This document shows positions 40,560 to 50,538 of a stretch of DNA of 64,000 nt, one piece after another. Positions within the stretch are counted from its first letter, which is position 1. Each line of letters begins with the position of its first letter. A program made the translations under genes and the position numbers. The stretch comes from Candidatus Spongiisociaceae bacterium (lineage in GTDB: Bacteria; Actinomycetota; Acidimicrobiia; Spongiisociales; Spongiisociaceae), in the NCBI GenBank assembly GCA_965219685.1, contig CBDCOH010000002.1:3904001-3968000 (forward strand), given 5' to 3'. The notes under the pieces were generated by a model. The model was given only the letters and a program-made list of their open reading frames with translations. It was not told the origin of the DNA and searched no databases.

Positions 40560-42116
40560 ATGGGAAAGATCACCTATGCCACCATGTCGGCCGACGACCC
40601 GGCTCTCCACCGGGCCTACGACGAGGGACTGGCCGCCGCCACCTCCCGGATCGGGCAGACACATCCGCTGCTGATCAACGGAGAGAAGCGGTACACAGGC
40701 GAGACTTTCACCGAGCGGTCCCCGATCGACTCGGACCTGGTGGTGGGGATCTACTCGCAGGCTTCCGATGACGACGTCGACGAGGCCGTCGCCGTCGCCG
40801 GTGCCTTCCAGCCCGAGTGGGAGGCGACTCCATGGCGGGAGAGACTGGCCATCATCCGGCGGGCGGCGGAGATCGTGGATGAGGAGACCCCCACCCTCGC
40901 CGGGTTCCTCACTCTGGAGGTCGGGAAGAACCGGCTCGAGGCGCTGGGAGACGTCTCCGAGGCGGTGGCTTTCATCGACTACTACTGCGACCGTCTCGAG
41001 GAGTCCGACGGGATGTCGACCGCCATGGGACAGTACGGGGTGGGGGACACCAACCATTCGGTGCTGCGACCCTGGGGGGTGTGGGCGGTCATCTCGCCCT
41101 TTAACTTCCCCCTCGCCCTGGTCGCCAGCCCCACGTCGGCGGCTCTGCTGACCGGCAACACCGTGGTGCTGAAGCCGTCCAACACCGGCGCCCTCGGCTC
41201 GCTGCTGCTGGCTGACATCTACTCCCGGGCCGGGCTGCCCTCAGGCGCCCTGCAAGTGGTGACCGGGGGTGATGGAGCGGGTGACCGTCTCGCCCATCAT
41301 GACGACGTGGACGGGGTCACCTTCACCGGCTCCTACGACGTCGGGATGTACCTCTACCGGACGGTGGCCACCGGTCGGCCCAAGCCGGTGGTCTGCGAGA
41401 TGGGCGGCAAGAACCCCGCAGTGGTGGCGGCCTCAGCCGATCTGGACCTGGCCGCCGAAGGGGTGATGCGGGCCGCCTTCGGGCTCTCCGGGCAGAAGTG
41501 CTCGGCCAACTCCCGGGTGTATGTGGAGCGGCCCGCCTTCCGGGAGTTCCTGGACCTGCTCACCGAGAAGACCGACGAGATCCTCCTGGGCGACCCTCGC
41601 GATCGCGAGACCTTCCTGGGACCGGTGATCGACGGGGAGGCGGTGGACCGTTTCCGCTCGGCGGTGGAAGCCGTGAGAGAAGCCGGGGGCGAGGTGCTCT
41701 CCGGGGGCGAGGTGGTCACGGACGGTGACCTGGCCAGGGGCAACTTCGTGCAGCCCACGGTGGTGACCGCACCCGAGGACACCTGGATCTGGGAGAAGGA
41801 ACTGTTCGTACCGTTCGTGGCGGTGAGCGCGGTGGACTCCCTCGAGGAGGGGATCGACAAGGCCAACGACACGATCTTCGGGCTCACGGCCGGGGTCTTC
41901 GCAGGCACCGACGAGGAGGTCGATCTGTTCTTCCAGCGGATCCAGGCCGGGGTCGTGTACGCCAACCGCAGAGCCGGGTCAACCACCGGTGCGTGGCCGG
42001 ACATCCAGCCCTTCGGAGGTTGGAAGGGTTCGGGCACCTCGGGTGCCGGCAGCGGCGGTCCCTGGTACATGCGCTCCTACGTACGCGAGCAGGCCCGCAC
42101 CCTGATAAGAGAGTGA
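40560..42116 (+). CDS. Aldehyde dehydrogenase, 1-pyrroline-5-carboxylate dehydrogenase-like
   Basis: ISPFNFPLA, FTGS, EMGGKN, AFGLSGQKCSA, QPFGGWKGSG. Confidence 0.88.
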   Translation: MGKITYATMSADDPALHRAYDEGLAAATSRIGQTHPLLINGEKRYTGETFTERSPIDSDLVVGIYSQASDDDVDEAVAVAGAFQPEWEATPWRERLAIIRRAAEIVDEETPTLAGFLTLEVGKNRLEALGDVSEAVAFIDYYCDRLEESDGMSTAMGQYGVGDTNHSVLRPWGVWAVISPFNFPLALVASPTSAALLTGNTVVLKPSNTGALGSLLLADIYSRAGLPSGALQVVTGGDGAGDRLAHHDDVDGVTFTGSYDVGMYLYRTVATGRPKPVVCEMGGKNPAVVAASADLDLAAEGVMRAAFGLSGQKCSANSRVYVERPAFREFLDLLTEKTDEILLGDPRDRETFLGPVIDGEAVDRFRSAVEAVREAGGEVLSGGEVVTDGDLARGNFVQPTVVTAPEDTWIWEKELFVPFVAVSAVDSLEEGIDKANDTIFGLTAGVFAGTDEEVDLFFQRIQAGVVYANRRAGSTTGAWPDIQPFGGWKGSGTSGAGSGGPWYMRSYVREQARTLIRE

Positions 42117-42406
42117 ATGGTGAATGGTGAATGGTGAATGGTGAATGGTGAATGGTGAATGGTGAATGGTGAATGGTGAATGGTGAATGGTGAATGGTGA
42201 ATGGTGAATGGTGAATGGTGAATGGTGAATGGTGAATGGTGAATGGTGAATGGTGAATGGTGAATGGTGAATGGTGAATGGTGAATGGTGAATAAGAATA
42301 GCTAATACTAGCCTACCTGGTCACCAGATGGTATTCCTTAACCGGCCACCGGCCACTAACTAGCCACAAGCCACAAACCATTCACCATTCACGACTCACC
42401 ATTCAC
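42113..42406. repeat. (GTGAATG)x~26 array, short spacer and inverted (CATTCAC) arm between convergent genes
   Basis: Array 42113-42293 includes the TGA stop of the ALDH; inverted arm 42378-42406 abuts the TAG stop of the opposite gene. Confidence 0.97.
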
Positions 42407-43596
42407 TACAAATGATCCAGGCTCCTGTCCACGAAGGTGCGGTCGGTTGAGAAGGGCGAGTCCTCTATCCGGGCGGTGATCAGGTCCGCCAGGATCCTTC
42501 CCCCGGCCGGGGAGCACATGATGCCGTGCCCGGAGTATCCGGTGTTCACCCACAGGCCCTCGACCGGGGTCTGTCCGATCAGAGGACGGTGGTCGGGGGT
42601 CATCGTGTACTGCCCGGAGTGAACGATCCAGGAGAACTCCCCGGCTCTCCAGGCCTCGCCCCAGAAGGGACTGATCCGCGCCGCCGCTTCCGAACGGGAG
42701 GGATCCAGCACCCGGAAGGCCATGTCGTGGTCGGGAGCGACATCCTCAACGGGTTCCCGGCCCGGCCCGCGAGGAGCGGCGTCGAGCACATGGGCTCCCG
42801 AGAGGACGGGCCGCCAGTGCACCCCCGTGTCGTCGTCAATGGTCATCGGGGCGTCGGGCGGCACCCGGGCCAGTTCTGGAACCACCACCTTGTGGCGCGG
42901 CTTCACCTCCAGCGGGAGATCCACCCCTGCGAGAGCGGCCAGCCTGGCGGTGAAGGGTCCTGCGGCGATCACCACCTGCTCGGCCCGTATGTCTCCCCGG
43001 TCGGTGCCCACATCGAAGCCTCCCGAGGAGGGGAGATCCCGGAGGGACACCACCCGGCACGAGGTGTGGAGAGGGGCTCGCGACGCCCTCAGCAGACCGA
43101 GTGTCAGGGCCCTGGGATCGACGAAACCGTCCCCAGCCCGGAAGCGGGCCTGGACCACGTCAGGGCTGAGGTAAGGGAACCTGCGGCGGGCTTCGTCGCC
43201 CCCGAGTATCTCGATGTCGGTCTGCCCCCAGGAATGCTGGAGAGCCACGATCCGCCGCTGCTCCGTGGCCCGCTCCGCGGAGGTGGTCGCCCATACGTAT
43301 CCCGGCTGGCGGACCCCCAGCGGGCGGGAGTCCTGGCCGGTGATCGCGGTGAAGTCGAGGATCAGGTCGACCGACTCCCGCACCAATTCGGTCTCCTCCG
43401 GGTTGTCGAACTGGAGGCGGAAGGCGCCGGTGGCCACGGGTGTGGTGAGGGCGGCGGGGACGGGCAGGGCCTCCAGGACCACCGGTGACAGCCCGGCCCG
43501 GGCCGCCCAGAACGCAGTGGACGCCCCCGCCACCCCGGCGCCGACGATCACCAACTCCGCGCCGGCCGGGACGGTGCCTTCAACGTTGGACAGCAT
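42406..43596 (-). CDS. DAO-family FAD-dependent oxidoreductase (sarcosine oxidase beta / proline dehydrogenase-like)
   Basis: IVGAGVAG, DGFVDP, YTMTPDHRPLIG, GYSGHGIM. Confidence 0.88.
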   Translation of the reverse strand: MLSNVEGTVPAGAELVIVGAGVAGASTAFWAARAGLSPVVLEALPVPAALTTPVATGAFRLQFDNPEETELVRESVDLILDFTAITGQDSRPLGVRQPGYVWATTSAERATEQRRIVALQHSWGQTDIEILGGDEARRRFPYLSPDVVQARFRAGDGFVDPRALTLGLLRASRAPLHTSCRVVSLRDLPSSGGFDVGTDRGDIRAEQVVIAAGPFTARLAALAGVDLPLEVKPRHKVVVPELARVPPDAPMTIDDDTGVHWRPVLSGAHVLDAAPRGPGREPVEDVAPDHDMAFRVLDPSRSEAAARISPFWGEAWRAGEFSWIVHSGQYTMTPDHRPLIGQTPVEGLWVNTGYSGHGIMCSPAGGRILADLITARIEDSPFSTDRTFVDRSLDHL

Positions 43597-43770
43597 CCGG
43601 ACAAAGGTAGTGCGCGTTCGGCTACCGACAAAGGGGTTTCGTTCCGCCGCGGCAGGGGGGACCCCGGCCCGTGCTGCCGGTCGATGCCCTAAAGGTCGGT
43701 TGCAGCGCGCCAACCCGCTTGCACGGGTCTCGAGCAGCCTCGCGGGAACGGGATGTGACATGATCTTGAC

Positions 43771-44952
43771 ATGATGAGCGAGACCGGTCCGGCGGCGATC
43801 AGGCGTGGCCGCGCGACACCCGGCCGTGAAACGGAGCCGATAGTCGAGATCGACGATCTCGAACTGGTGGACCACCATTGCCATGGCGTGAGCGCTGCCC
43901 CCCTGGACTACGAGGCCTTCGTGTCGTTTCTGACCGAAGGTGGCAGAGAGATGTTGGGAGCCATCGACCCGATGGCCACCCCGCTCGGCCTGGCCGTCCG
44001 ATCCCTCTGCGCGCCGGTTCTCGACATCGATCCGCGTGCGCCGATCGAGGAGTACATGGAGTGCCGGTCGGCGCTCGGGGAACTCGAGGTGGGCCGGCGA
44101 ATGCTGGCGGCTTCGGGCCTGGGCGACCTGCTCATCGACACCGGCTACCTCCCCGATCAGGTGCTGAGTCCAGCGGGCATGGACCGGCTGGGCCGGTTCA
44201 GGACCTCCGAGATCGTCCGGATCGAGTCGGTCGCCGAGGAGGTCTTCTCATCGGTGGGCAGCGGAGCGTTCATCGACGAGTTCCCTCGAGCGCTCGCCGA
44301 TCGAGCCCGCCGCGCGGTCGGACTCAAGTCCATCGTCGCGTACCGGGCCGGTCTGGATCTCGACGCGGCCCGTCCGGTCACCCGAACAGTCTCAGGTTCG
44401 CTGGCTAGTTGGAGCCCGGGCAGCCGCATCGCGGATCCGGTGCTGCTTCGCCACTGCCTGTGGGTCGGGGTGGACACGGCCGAGGAGTTGGGTATGCCGA
44501 TCCAGATCCACAGCGGCTTCGGCGATCGCGACCTGGATCTGTGGCGCGCCGACCCCACCCGTTTCACCCCATGGCTACGCCGTATCCCGTCGTCGGTGAA
44601 GATCTGCTTCCTCCACTGCTGGCCCTACCACCGCCAAGCCGCGTACCTGGCCGCGGTGTATCCCAACGTCTACGTGGACACGGGTGCGCTCAACACCCAT
44701 GCCGCCCTCGGCTACGGACGCATCCTGGCCGAAACACTCGAGGTGGCGCCGTTCGAGAAGGTGCTGTACTCCAGCGACGCACTCGGCGTTCCCGAGCTCT
44801 ACTACGTCGGGGCGGTGCGGTTCCGCAGGGCGCTGGCCTCGCTGCTCGGCGACTGGCGCCGGCGCGGCTTCTGCTCCCACGCGGACGCAGTCGAGATCGC
44901 CACGGCCATAGGGCGGGACAACGCTCGGAGGGTCTACCGGCTAGGCGAGTGA
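43771..44952 (+). CDS. Amidohydrolase_2 family protein (FluG N-terminal-like); start uncertain
   Basis: VDHHCH, KSIVAYRAGL, QIHSGFGDRD, FLHCWPY, KVLYSSDA..PE. Confidence 0.85.
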   Translation: MMSETGPAAIRRGRATPGRETEPIVEIDDLELVDHHCHGVSAAPLDYEAFVSFLTEGGREMLGAIDPMATPLGLAVRSLCAPVLDIDPRAPIEEYMECRSALGELEVGRRMLAASGLGDLLIDTGYLPDQVLSPAGMDRLGRFRTSEIVRIESVAEEVFSSVGSGAFIDEFPRALADRARRAVGLKSIVAYRAGLDLDAARPVTRTVSGSLASWSPGSRIADPVLLRHCLWVGVDTAEELGMPIQIHSGFGDRDLDLWRADPTRFTPWLRRIPSSVKICFLHCWPYHRQAAYLAAVYPNVYVDTGALNTHAALGYGRILAETLEVAPFEKVLYSSDALGVPELYYVGAVRFRRALASLLGDWRRRGFCSHADAVEIATAIGRDNARRVYRLGE

Positions 44953-44993
44953 GCTGATCCCTCGGGAGACATCCCAACGAGGCGGGCGCCGAT

Positions 44994-45030
44994 TACCAAC
45001 TAGCAACTACCAACTACCAACTACCAACTA
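44994..45030. repeat. (CTACCAA)n heptamer array overlapping the stop of the SpoIID gene
   Basis: taccaactagcaactaccaactaccaactaccaacta. Confidence 0.9.
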
Positions 45031-47133
45031 AGCACCAAGGTCGAGAGCGCGGACGAGGAAGGTGGCCATCTGACCCCGGGTCACGGGCCGCTCCGGGCAG
45101 TAGAGGAACGGCTCGGAGCTGCAGCCGACGGTGACACCGGCCGCGGCCAGCGCGTCGATGTCGGCCTCGTTGAAGGTGCCCCCGGTGTCGTCGAATCCGG
45201 CCGATCCCGCAGGAGGCAGATCGAACGCCCGGACCAGGAAGGTGGCCATCTGCGCTCTGGTGACCGGCCGGTCCGGGCAGTACCGGAGCGGTTCGCTGCT
45301 GCAACCCGCGGTCACCTCGAGATCCGCCAGGCGCTCCACGTAGCTTGCCCACCATTCGCCAGGGTCGACATCCTCGAATCGGGTCTCCTCCACCGGAGAC
45401 GGCGAAGCCTGGTCGAGCACCCGGGTCATCCACACCGCCATCACCGAACGGAGGAGAGGTTCGCCAGGGCAGATCACCAGATCGCCGCACTCAGTACCTT
45501 CCAGCACACCCGCCCCGGCGAGCCGGTTGATCGACGGTTCGTGAACGCTGCCGTTGTCGTCGTCGAAGTGGTCCGACTCCGGGGGCTGGTCGGGGTCCTG
45601 ACCCTCATCCCCGCCGCCGTTGTCATCGTCGTCGCCGTTGCCGCTGTCCTCGCTGTCACCGTCGCCCGGGGTGAGATCCTCGGGGATGTCGGTCGGAGGA
45701 GGAGCCATGCCGTCGATGGCGGTGATGTTGGAGGACTTGAGACCCAGCCCGAGTCGCAGTCCGTCTCCGGACACGGTGACCGACACGGGTTCGCCACCGT
45801 TTACGCCGCGAAACAGGACCTGGGTGGGCGAGGACACGGACGCTCTCGCCTCGAGGACCGCCGCGGTGACCTCGTCCCAGCCCAGCCAGTCCGCGACATG
45901 CGCTGCGCTCACCCGTTTCTCCCAGGAGGCGTGCGGGTTGCCCACCGCCGGGTCGATGTCCCAAGGATCGGCGACCGGCCTCAGGTAGGGCCACTCGCGG
46001 GCCGACGTATTGCCGTTCCGGACGGTGCGGAACCCGTACACGTTGCTGCGGGTGATCCCACCCGAAGAAGCGGAGAAGAACGTCTGGATGACCCCGCCCC
46101 TCGTGACCTTCTCCCACTCGTCGCCGAAGTAGGTGAGGACCCGGTCCCTGGTCGCCTCCACGCCGTCGACCCACGGCTGCCCGGCCGACCGGGCCTCCTT
46201 CGCCCACCCGATGTAGTTGATGTCCCGCCAGCTGTCGTACAGATGGCACCAGCACCTGTCCTTGCGGGAGGAGCTGATCCCCGGGTCCTCGTCCGGGTCG
46301 GCGGGCCGCGGCCCGGTCTCCGACTGGAAGAAGTTGAAGGCGGCGTACGAGCGGGCCGTGACCGCCTGGGCCTCGTTCACCCCCGGGGCCGTCCAGTCGT
46401 CGGGAAGTTCGGCGACACCCCTCAGGTAGTCCTCGAGCCCGACCGCTAGAACCACGTGGAATCCCACCTCGACCGGGTCGTCCCGGATCTTCAACTCCCC
46501 GTGGCGGTACTCGCACTCCTCGCTGGCCCGGACCACGCACAGCTTGTTCCTGTCCTCGCCGTGACGGAGCCGGACCCCCTTGGCGTCGGGCCACGAGATG
46601 GCCGCCCGGCAGCCACCCGCCGTCCCCTGCAGCTGTCCTCCGTGGAAGAACCCGCACTCACCGGGGCCGAGGCGGCGGAACTCCCACCGCTCACCCGACT
46701 GCGGATGCTCCGGCTTCGGACAGGGACCCTCCCCGTCGCCGGCCAGGCACAGATCCACCGGACCGCCCACCGCGGTGAACTCCAGCAGGGTGACCTGGGA
46801 GCCCAGGTTCACCCACAGCGGTTTGTCCAGCGTGTACAGCAGGTCGTTGGGGAGGGAGAGATCCGCCAGGGAGGCCGGTTCCGAACCGGGGAAGTAATGA
46901 GCCGCTATCTCCTCGCCCGGCTTGGCCGGATCCGCCAGCGCCTGCCCACGAGCCCCCCACTGGCCCATACCGACACCATGGCCCCATCCCGCGCCTTCGA
47001 AGTCGAACCCGGGAGTGTGGTGAGCAACGGCGGCAACCGCGGGGAACAGCCCCACCAGAACCGCCACGAGCATCAACCTCCGGAACACCCGAGAAGTGTA
47101 GGAGCGATCCGTCGAGAACCGGAGCATCCTCAC
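45028..47133 (-). CDS. Secreted SpoIID/LytB-domain protein with C-terminal SLH repeats
   Basis: Signal peptide; GWGHGVGMGQWGA, LEDYLRGVAE, AQAVTARSYA; acidic linker; YCPDRPVTRAQMATFLVRA repeats. Confidence 0.88.
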   Translation of the reverse strand: MRMLRFSTDRSYTSRVFRRLMLVAVLVGLFPAVAAVAHHTPGFDFEGAGWGHGVGMGQWGARGQALADPAKPGEEIAAHYFPGSEPASLADLSLPNDLLYTLDKPLWVNLGSQVTLLEFTAVGGPVDLCLAGDGEGPCPKPEHPQSGERWEFRRLGPGECGFFHGGQLQGTAGGCRAAISWPDAKGVRLRHGEDRNKLCVVRASEECEYRHGELKIRDDPVEVGFHVVLAVGLEDYLRGVAELPDDWTAPGVNEAQAVTARSYAAFNFFQSETGPRPADPDEDPGISSSRKDRCWCHLYDSWRDINYIGWAKEARSAGQPWVDGVEATRDRVLTYFGDEWEKVTRGGVIQTFFSASSGGITRSNVYGFRTVRNGNTSAREWPYLRPVADPWDIDPAVGNPHASWEKRVSAAHVADWLGWDEVTAAVLEARASVSSPTQVLFRGVNGGEPVSVTVSGDGLRLGLGLKSSNITAIDGMAPPPTDIPEDLTPGDGDSEDSGNGDDDDNGGGDEGQDPDQPPESDHFDDDNGSVHEPSINRLAGAGVLEGTECGDLVICPGEPLLRSVMAVWMTRVLDQASPSPVEETRFEDVDPGEWWASYVERLADLEVTAGCSSEPLRYCPDRPVTRAQMATFLVRAFDLPPAGSAGFDDTGGTFNEADIDALAAAGVTVGCSSEPFLYCPERPVTRGQMATFLVRALDLGA

Positions 47134-47248
47134 CAGGGCCGGCCGAACCGGACTCCTGACCGCCGACCGGTCGACAACGCCAACCCGCCTGGGAAGCCAT
47201 GACCATGCAAGACGGAGCCCCGTGGCTAGCCTGACACTGTGGCCCGTG

Positions 47249-47956
47249 CATGGGAAACCAGATGGAGGGGATGTGTCCGGCTACCACGTTGATCTGACAG
47301 GGCGTTTCCAGGCTGCCCTAGCTGGATGCTACGACGCGCGGCGTGCAGCCGCACTGTCGGGCGTGCCGGTGTCGACCGTGTACTACTGGGCACGCAACGA
47401 GGTGGTGGTGCCCAGCGTGTCGCCCACCAGACAGAAGCTGTGGTCCTACGCGGACCTGATGGCGCTCCGCATCGTTTACTGGCTCCGCCACCCGAAACCC
47501 GGCCAGGCGGGTGTTGTACCTGCGAGTCCCATGCCCCAGGTGAGGGAGGCTTTGGAGGAACTGGAGGACCGCGGGCTCGACATCTGGGCCGAGAAGCCCC
47601 ATGGATCGGGAACGCCACTGCGGGTGAACATCGACGGAATGGTGTATCTCGCCGATGGCTGGACGGCCGGTACCCATGGCCAGCTGTCGCTCGTGCCGAT
47701 GCTCGATCTGCTCGGCCCGTTCGGGATGGGAGACCAGCACGGTCCGGACCTGATCCGTCCCCGGCCCAGCCTCCGGATCGTGCCCGGCAAGGTTTCCGGC
47801 GAACCGCATCTGGTCGGTTCCCGGATAACCACCAGATCGGTGGCTGCGCTCCACCGGCGCTTCGGGGAGTTGGCACCGGTGGCGGCCCTGTACCCCGAAG
47901 CCCCTCCCGAAACGATCGAACAGGCGATTGACCTCGAGCACTCGCTCGCCGCGTGA
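47249..47956 (+). CDS. HTH + DUF433 antitoxin (VapB45-like); start uncertain
   Basis: AAALSGVPVSTVYYWAR, WSYADL, PGKVSGEPHLVGSRITT. Confidence 0.8.
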   Translation, partial: HGKPDGGDVSGYHVDLTGRFQAALAGCYDARRAAALSGVPVSTVYYWARNEVVVPSVSPTRQKLWSYADLMALRIVYWLRHPKPGQAGVVPASPMPQVREALEELEDRGLDIWAEKPHGSGTPLRVNIDGMVYLADGWTAGTHGQLSLVPMLDLLGPFGMGDQHGPDLIRPRPSLRIVPGKVSGEPHLVGSRITTRSVAALHRRFGELAPVAALYPEAPPETIEQAIDLEHSLAA

Positions 47957-48474
47957 CCGGACTCGCTCTGGACCACAACTTCCCCCAACCGATCCTGGCA
48001 GCCCTGTCCGAATGGCTCGGAGACATCGATCTGCTCCCCATAGGGCACATAGATCGCCGACTCACGAACCTCGGGGACAGGGAACTCGTCCTCGCTCTCC
48101 ACCAGCTCGGCTACAAAGGACTGGTCACGAACAACTACAGGATGCTCCAGAACCCGGTTGAACTGGCCGCAATCATCAAGACCGGACTATCCATATTCGC
48201 CATAGAAGGTCTGGGAGACGACCCGATCCGAGCCACAGGTGCTCTGCTCCTGGACCTTCCATCAGCGGTGAACGCCGTGGAGGCCGGCAGACCCGGCGTA
48301 TTCCGGCTGCGCCCGCGCGCGCCGCGGCCCAAAGATCCATGGGAGTTGCTCAGGGAGTTAGCGCACCGCCGGAACGAGGACGTTGGCGATCTCTACCGGC
48401 GGGTCGTGGTATCCGAGGAAGAACTGACCACTCCGGTATTGGATCCCGGCCGGAGCGAACTGGACGCTTTCTGA
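47953..48474 (+). CDS. PIN-like toxin (DUF5615/VapC45-like)
   Basis: LALDHNFP, DRELVLA, LVTNN; GTGA overlap with the antitoxin. Confidence 0.72.
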   Translation: MTGLALDHNFPQPILAALSEWLGDIDLLPIGHIDRRLTNLGDRELVLALHQLGYKGLVTNNYRMLQNPVELAAIIKTGLSIFAIEGLGDDPIRATGALLLDLPSAVNAVEAGRPGVFRLRPRAPRPKDPWELLRELAHRRNEDVGDLYRRVVVSEEELTTPVLDPGRSELDAF

Positions 48475-48605
48475 GGAGGTTCCCATCCTCGACAGGTGTC
48501 CTCGCCGGGCAGATCAGGCTCCCAAGTGATCGCCACCACACCGCTCCCGGTATCGAACACCCGTCTCAAGGCATGGTCAAAAAAATATGACTACAATCTG
48601 AGATC

Positions 48606-48896
48606 ATGACGAATCCGAACATCTCTCCTAGGGAACGCGCGGTGCCTGCCGGGGAGTTCAAGACGAACTGCCTGCGTCTGATGGACGAGGTGCAGGAGAC
48701 CGGAAGGGTGATTGTCGTAACCAAGCACCGCCGGCCGGTCGTGCGCGTGAGCCCATTCCGCGACGAGCCACCAAGCCTGGTCGGGTCATGTAAGGGTCAG
48801 TTGCGGATCATCGACGACATCGACAGCGAGCCCGCCATCCCGGCAGATGACTGGGAGATGCTCTCCGATCCGGGACTCGGCCAAGACCGATCGTGA
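48606..48896 (+). CDS. Phd/YefM family antitoxin
   Basis: AGEFKTNCLRLMDEV..VTKHRRPVVRV. Confidence 0.9.
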   Translation: MTNPNISPRERAVPAGEFKTNCLRLMDEVQETGRVIVVTKHRRPVVRVSPFRDEPPSLVGSCKGQLRIIDDIDSEPAIPADDWEMLSDPGLGQDRS

Positions 48897-48915
48897 CTCA
48901 TCAGGCGTCCCGCCG

Positions 48916-49347
48916 GTGACCCTGCTGCTGGACACCAACGTCCTGCTGCGGCTCTTGCTCGACAGCCGCCACATCGGCGAAGCCTTCAAGGAGGAGGTCG
49001 AGTCGGGCCTCGTTGGCGGCGACATAGCGGTCTCCACGATGACGTGGGTGGAGATAACGCGCCTGCACCATCACGGGCGTATCGACCTGGGATGCCACCC
49101 CGGCGTATGGCGCCACGAGCGGCTGCGGTCAGGCCTGCAGGAGATCCCCGTCGATGGTGACGTGGCCGTCGAGTCCGTGCTGCTGATGAACACCGGATTC
49201 CACAGCGACCCTGCCGACCAGTTGATCGTCGCCACTGCCATGCTCGCAGGGATGCGCCTCGCCACGACCGACCGGAGGATCATCGGTTGGGCACGGCGAA
49301 CCCGGCTGCTTCCGCTTGCGGACCCGACGACCCGAACCCGGCGGTAG
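48916..49347 (+). CDS. vapC: VapC family PIN toxin
   Basis: LLLDTNVLL, STMTWVEI, HSDPADQLIVATA, TTDRRI. Confidence 0.9.
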   Translation: MTLLLDTNVLLRLLLDSRHIGEAFKEEVESGLVGGDIAVSTMTWVEITRLHHHGRIDLGCHPGVWRHERLRSGLQEIPVDGDVAVESVLLMNTGFHSDPADQLIVATAMLAGMRLATTDRRIIGWARRTRLLPLADPTTRTRR

Positions 49348-49354
49348 AGCGATC

Positions 49355-49550
49355 CCGAGGGCACGGTAGACCGCGCGACGCGTTCGGACCGCCATCCGGC
49401 AGACACTCCACCACGTGGCCGGAGCCTCCGGCAGGAGCCGGCAGCCCATGGAGTATGGCAAATGACCCGAGCCAAAGCTAACAGCAGGCTACCAACTATT
49501 AACTACCGACTACCGACTAGGAACTAATCATCTAGGGTTACCCGGTCCCC
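49355..49550. repeat. Dispersed non-coding element, copy C (most diverged)
   Basis: Shares CCATGGAG.ATG..AAATGA and the 20-mer ACTAGGAACTAATCATCTAG (49516-49535) with copy B. Confidence 0.75.
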
Positions 49551-49583
49551 TCAGCCCGACGAGAGAACAGTCGAGGAACACCC

Positions 49584-50144
49584 ATGGCCGATACACCCTG
49601 CCCCGCGGAGGACGGATCCAGTCCACTCCGCCGCAAGTTCCGGAGACCTCCGCCGATGTGCATCGATGCTTCCAAGGCCTACACCGCGGTGATGGAAACG
49701 TCGATGGGGTCGATCACCATCGAACTCGACGCCGCCGCCGCTCCCCGCACCGTGAACAACTTCGTGGTGCTGGCCCGCTACCACTACTACGACAACGTGA
49801 TCTTCCACCGCATCATCAAGGGGTTCGTCTGCCAGGGCGGCGATCCCACCGGTACGGGTCGGGGCGGGCCCGGCTACCGCTTCGCCGACGAGCTACCCAC
49901 GCCGGGAAGCTACCAACTCGGCTCGCTGGCCATGGCCAACGCCGGGCCGAACACCAACGGCAGCCAGTTCTTCATCATCAGCGGCCCCGACGGCACGCGG
50001 CTCCCGCCGCTCTACGCGCTGTTCGGCAAGGTGGTGGCGGGCCTGGACGTGGTGGACGCGATGCAGAAGGTCGCGACCGACCGCAACGACCGCCCGCTGA
50101 CCGACGTGACGATCAACTCGGTGACGATCACGGAGTCGGACTGA
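49584..50144 (+). CDS. Cyclophilin-type peptidyl-prolyl isomerase
   Basis: APRTVNNF, FHRIIKGF..QGGDPTGTG, AMANAGPNTNGSQFFI. Confidence 0.95.
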   Translation: MADTPCPAEDGSSPLRRKFRRPPPMCIDASKAYTAVMETSMGSITIELDAAAAPRTVNNFVVLARYHYYDNVIFHRIIKGFVCQGGDPTGTGRGGPGYRFADELPTPGSYQLGSLAMANAGPNTNGSQFFIISGPDGTRLPPLYALFGKVVAGLDVVDAMQKVATDRNDRPLTDVTINSVTITESD

Positions 50145-50215
50145 CCCCGACCCGGCGCTGCATGCTCGGGTCACACGCACCACTCCACACGAAGCCTGCT
50201 CCGGTGCCACGCCCG

Positions 50216-50485
50216 GCGTTGACCCCTGGACGAGTGACTCCGAGGGATGTGACCGAGTCGACCGTACTCTACGATCGCTAAACGACGCTGTACAACACAT
50301 CTGCAACTCGTTATACATCTGTTCCTGGACCCGGGAGCCCCGGCTGCCGTTTTGTGAAGTGTCCCCCTCGGTGTAAGCGCGAGACCTAAACAGCACTATG
50401 AAGAATAGCTTACAGAATCTGATCACATGCTAACATCAACCAACAACTAGCAACTAGCAACTAGCAACTAGCAACTAGCAACTAG
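50216..50485. repeat. Dispersed non-coding element, copy A, ending in (CAACTAG)x~6
   Basis: Colinear with 56228-56500; identical 19-mer CGACCGTACTCTACGATCG and 14-mer ATCTGTTCCTGGAC. Confidence 0.85.
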
Positions 50486-50538
50486 ACGGCTTGGTACAGT
50501 GACCGAGCCCCCGATGGATCGAAGGAGCACCCCTGACC

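Noticed and set aside
34981-42406. Long regular arrays as CRISPR
   Set aside because: Pure 7-bp tandem units with no unique spacers, and no cas genes.
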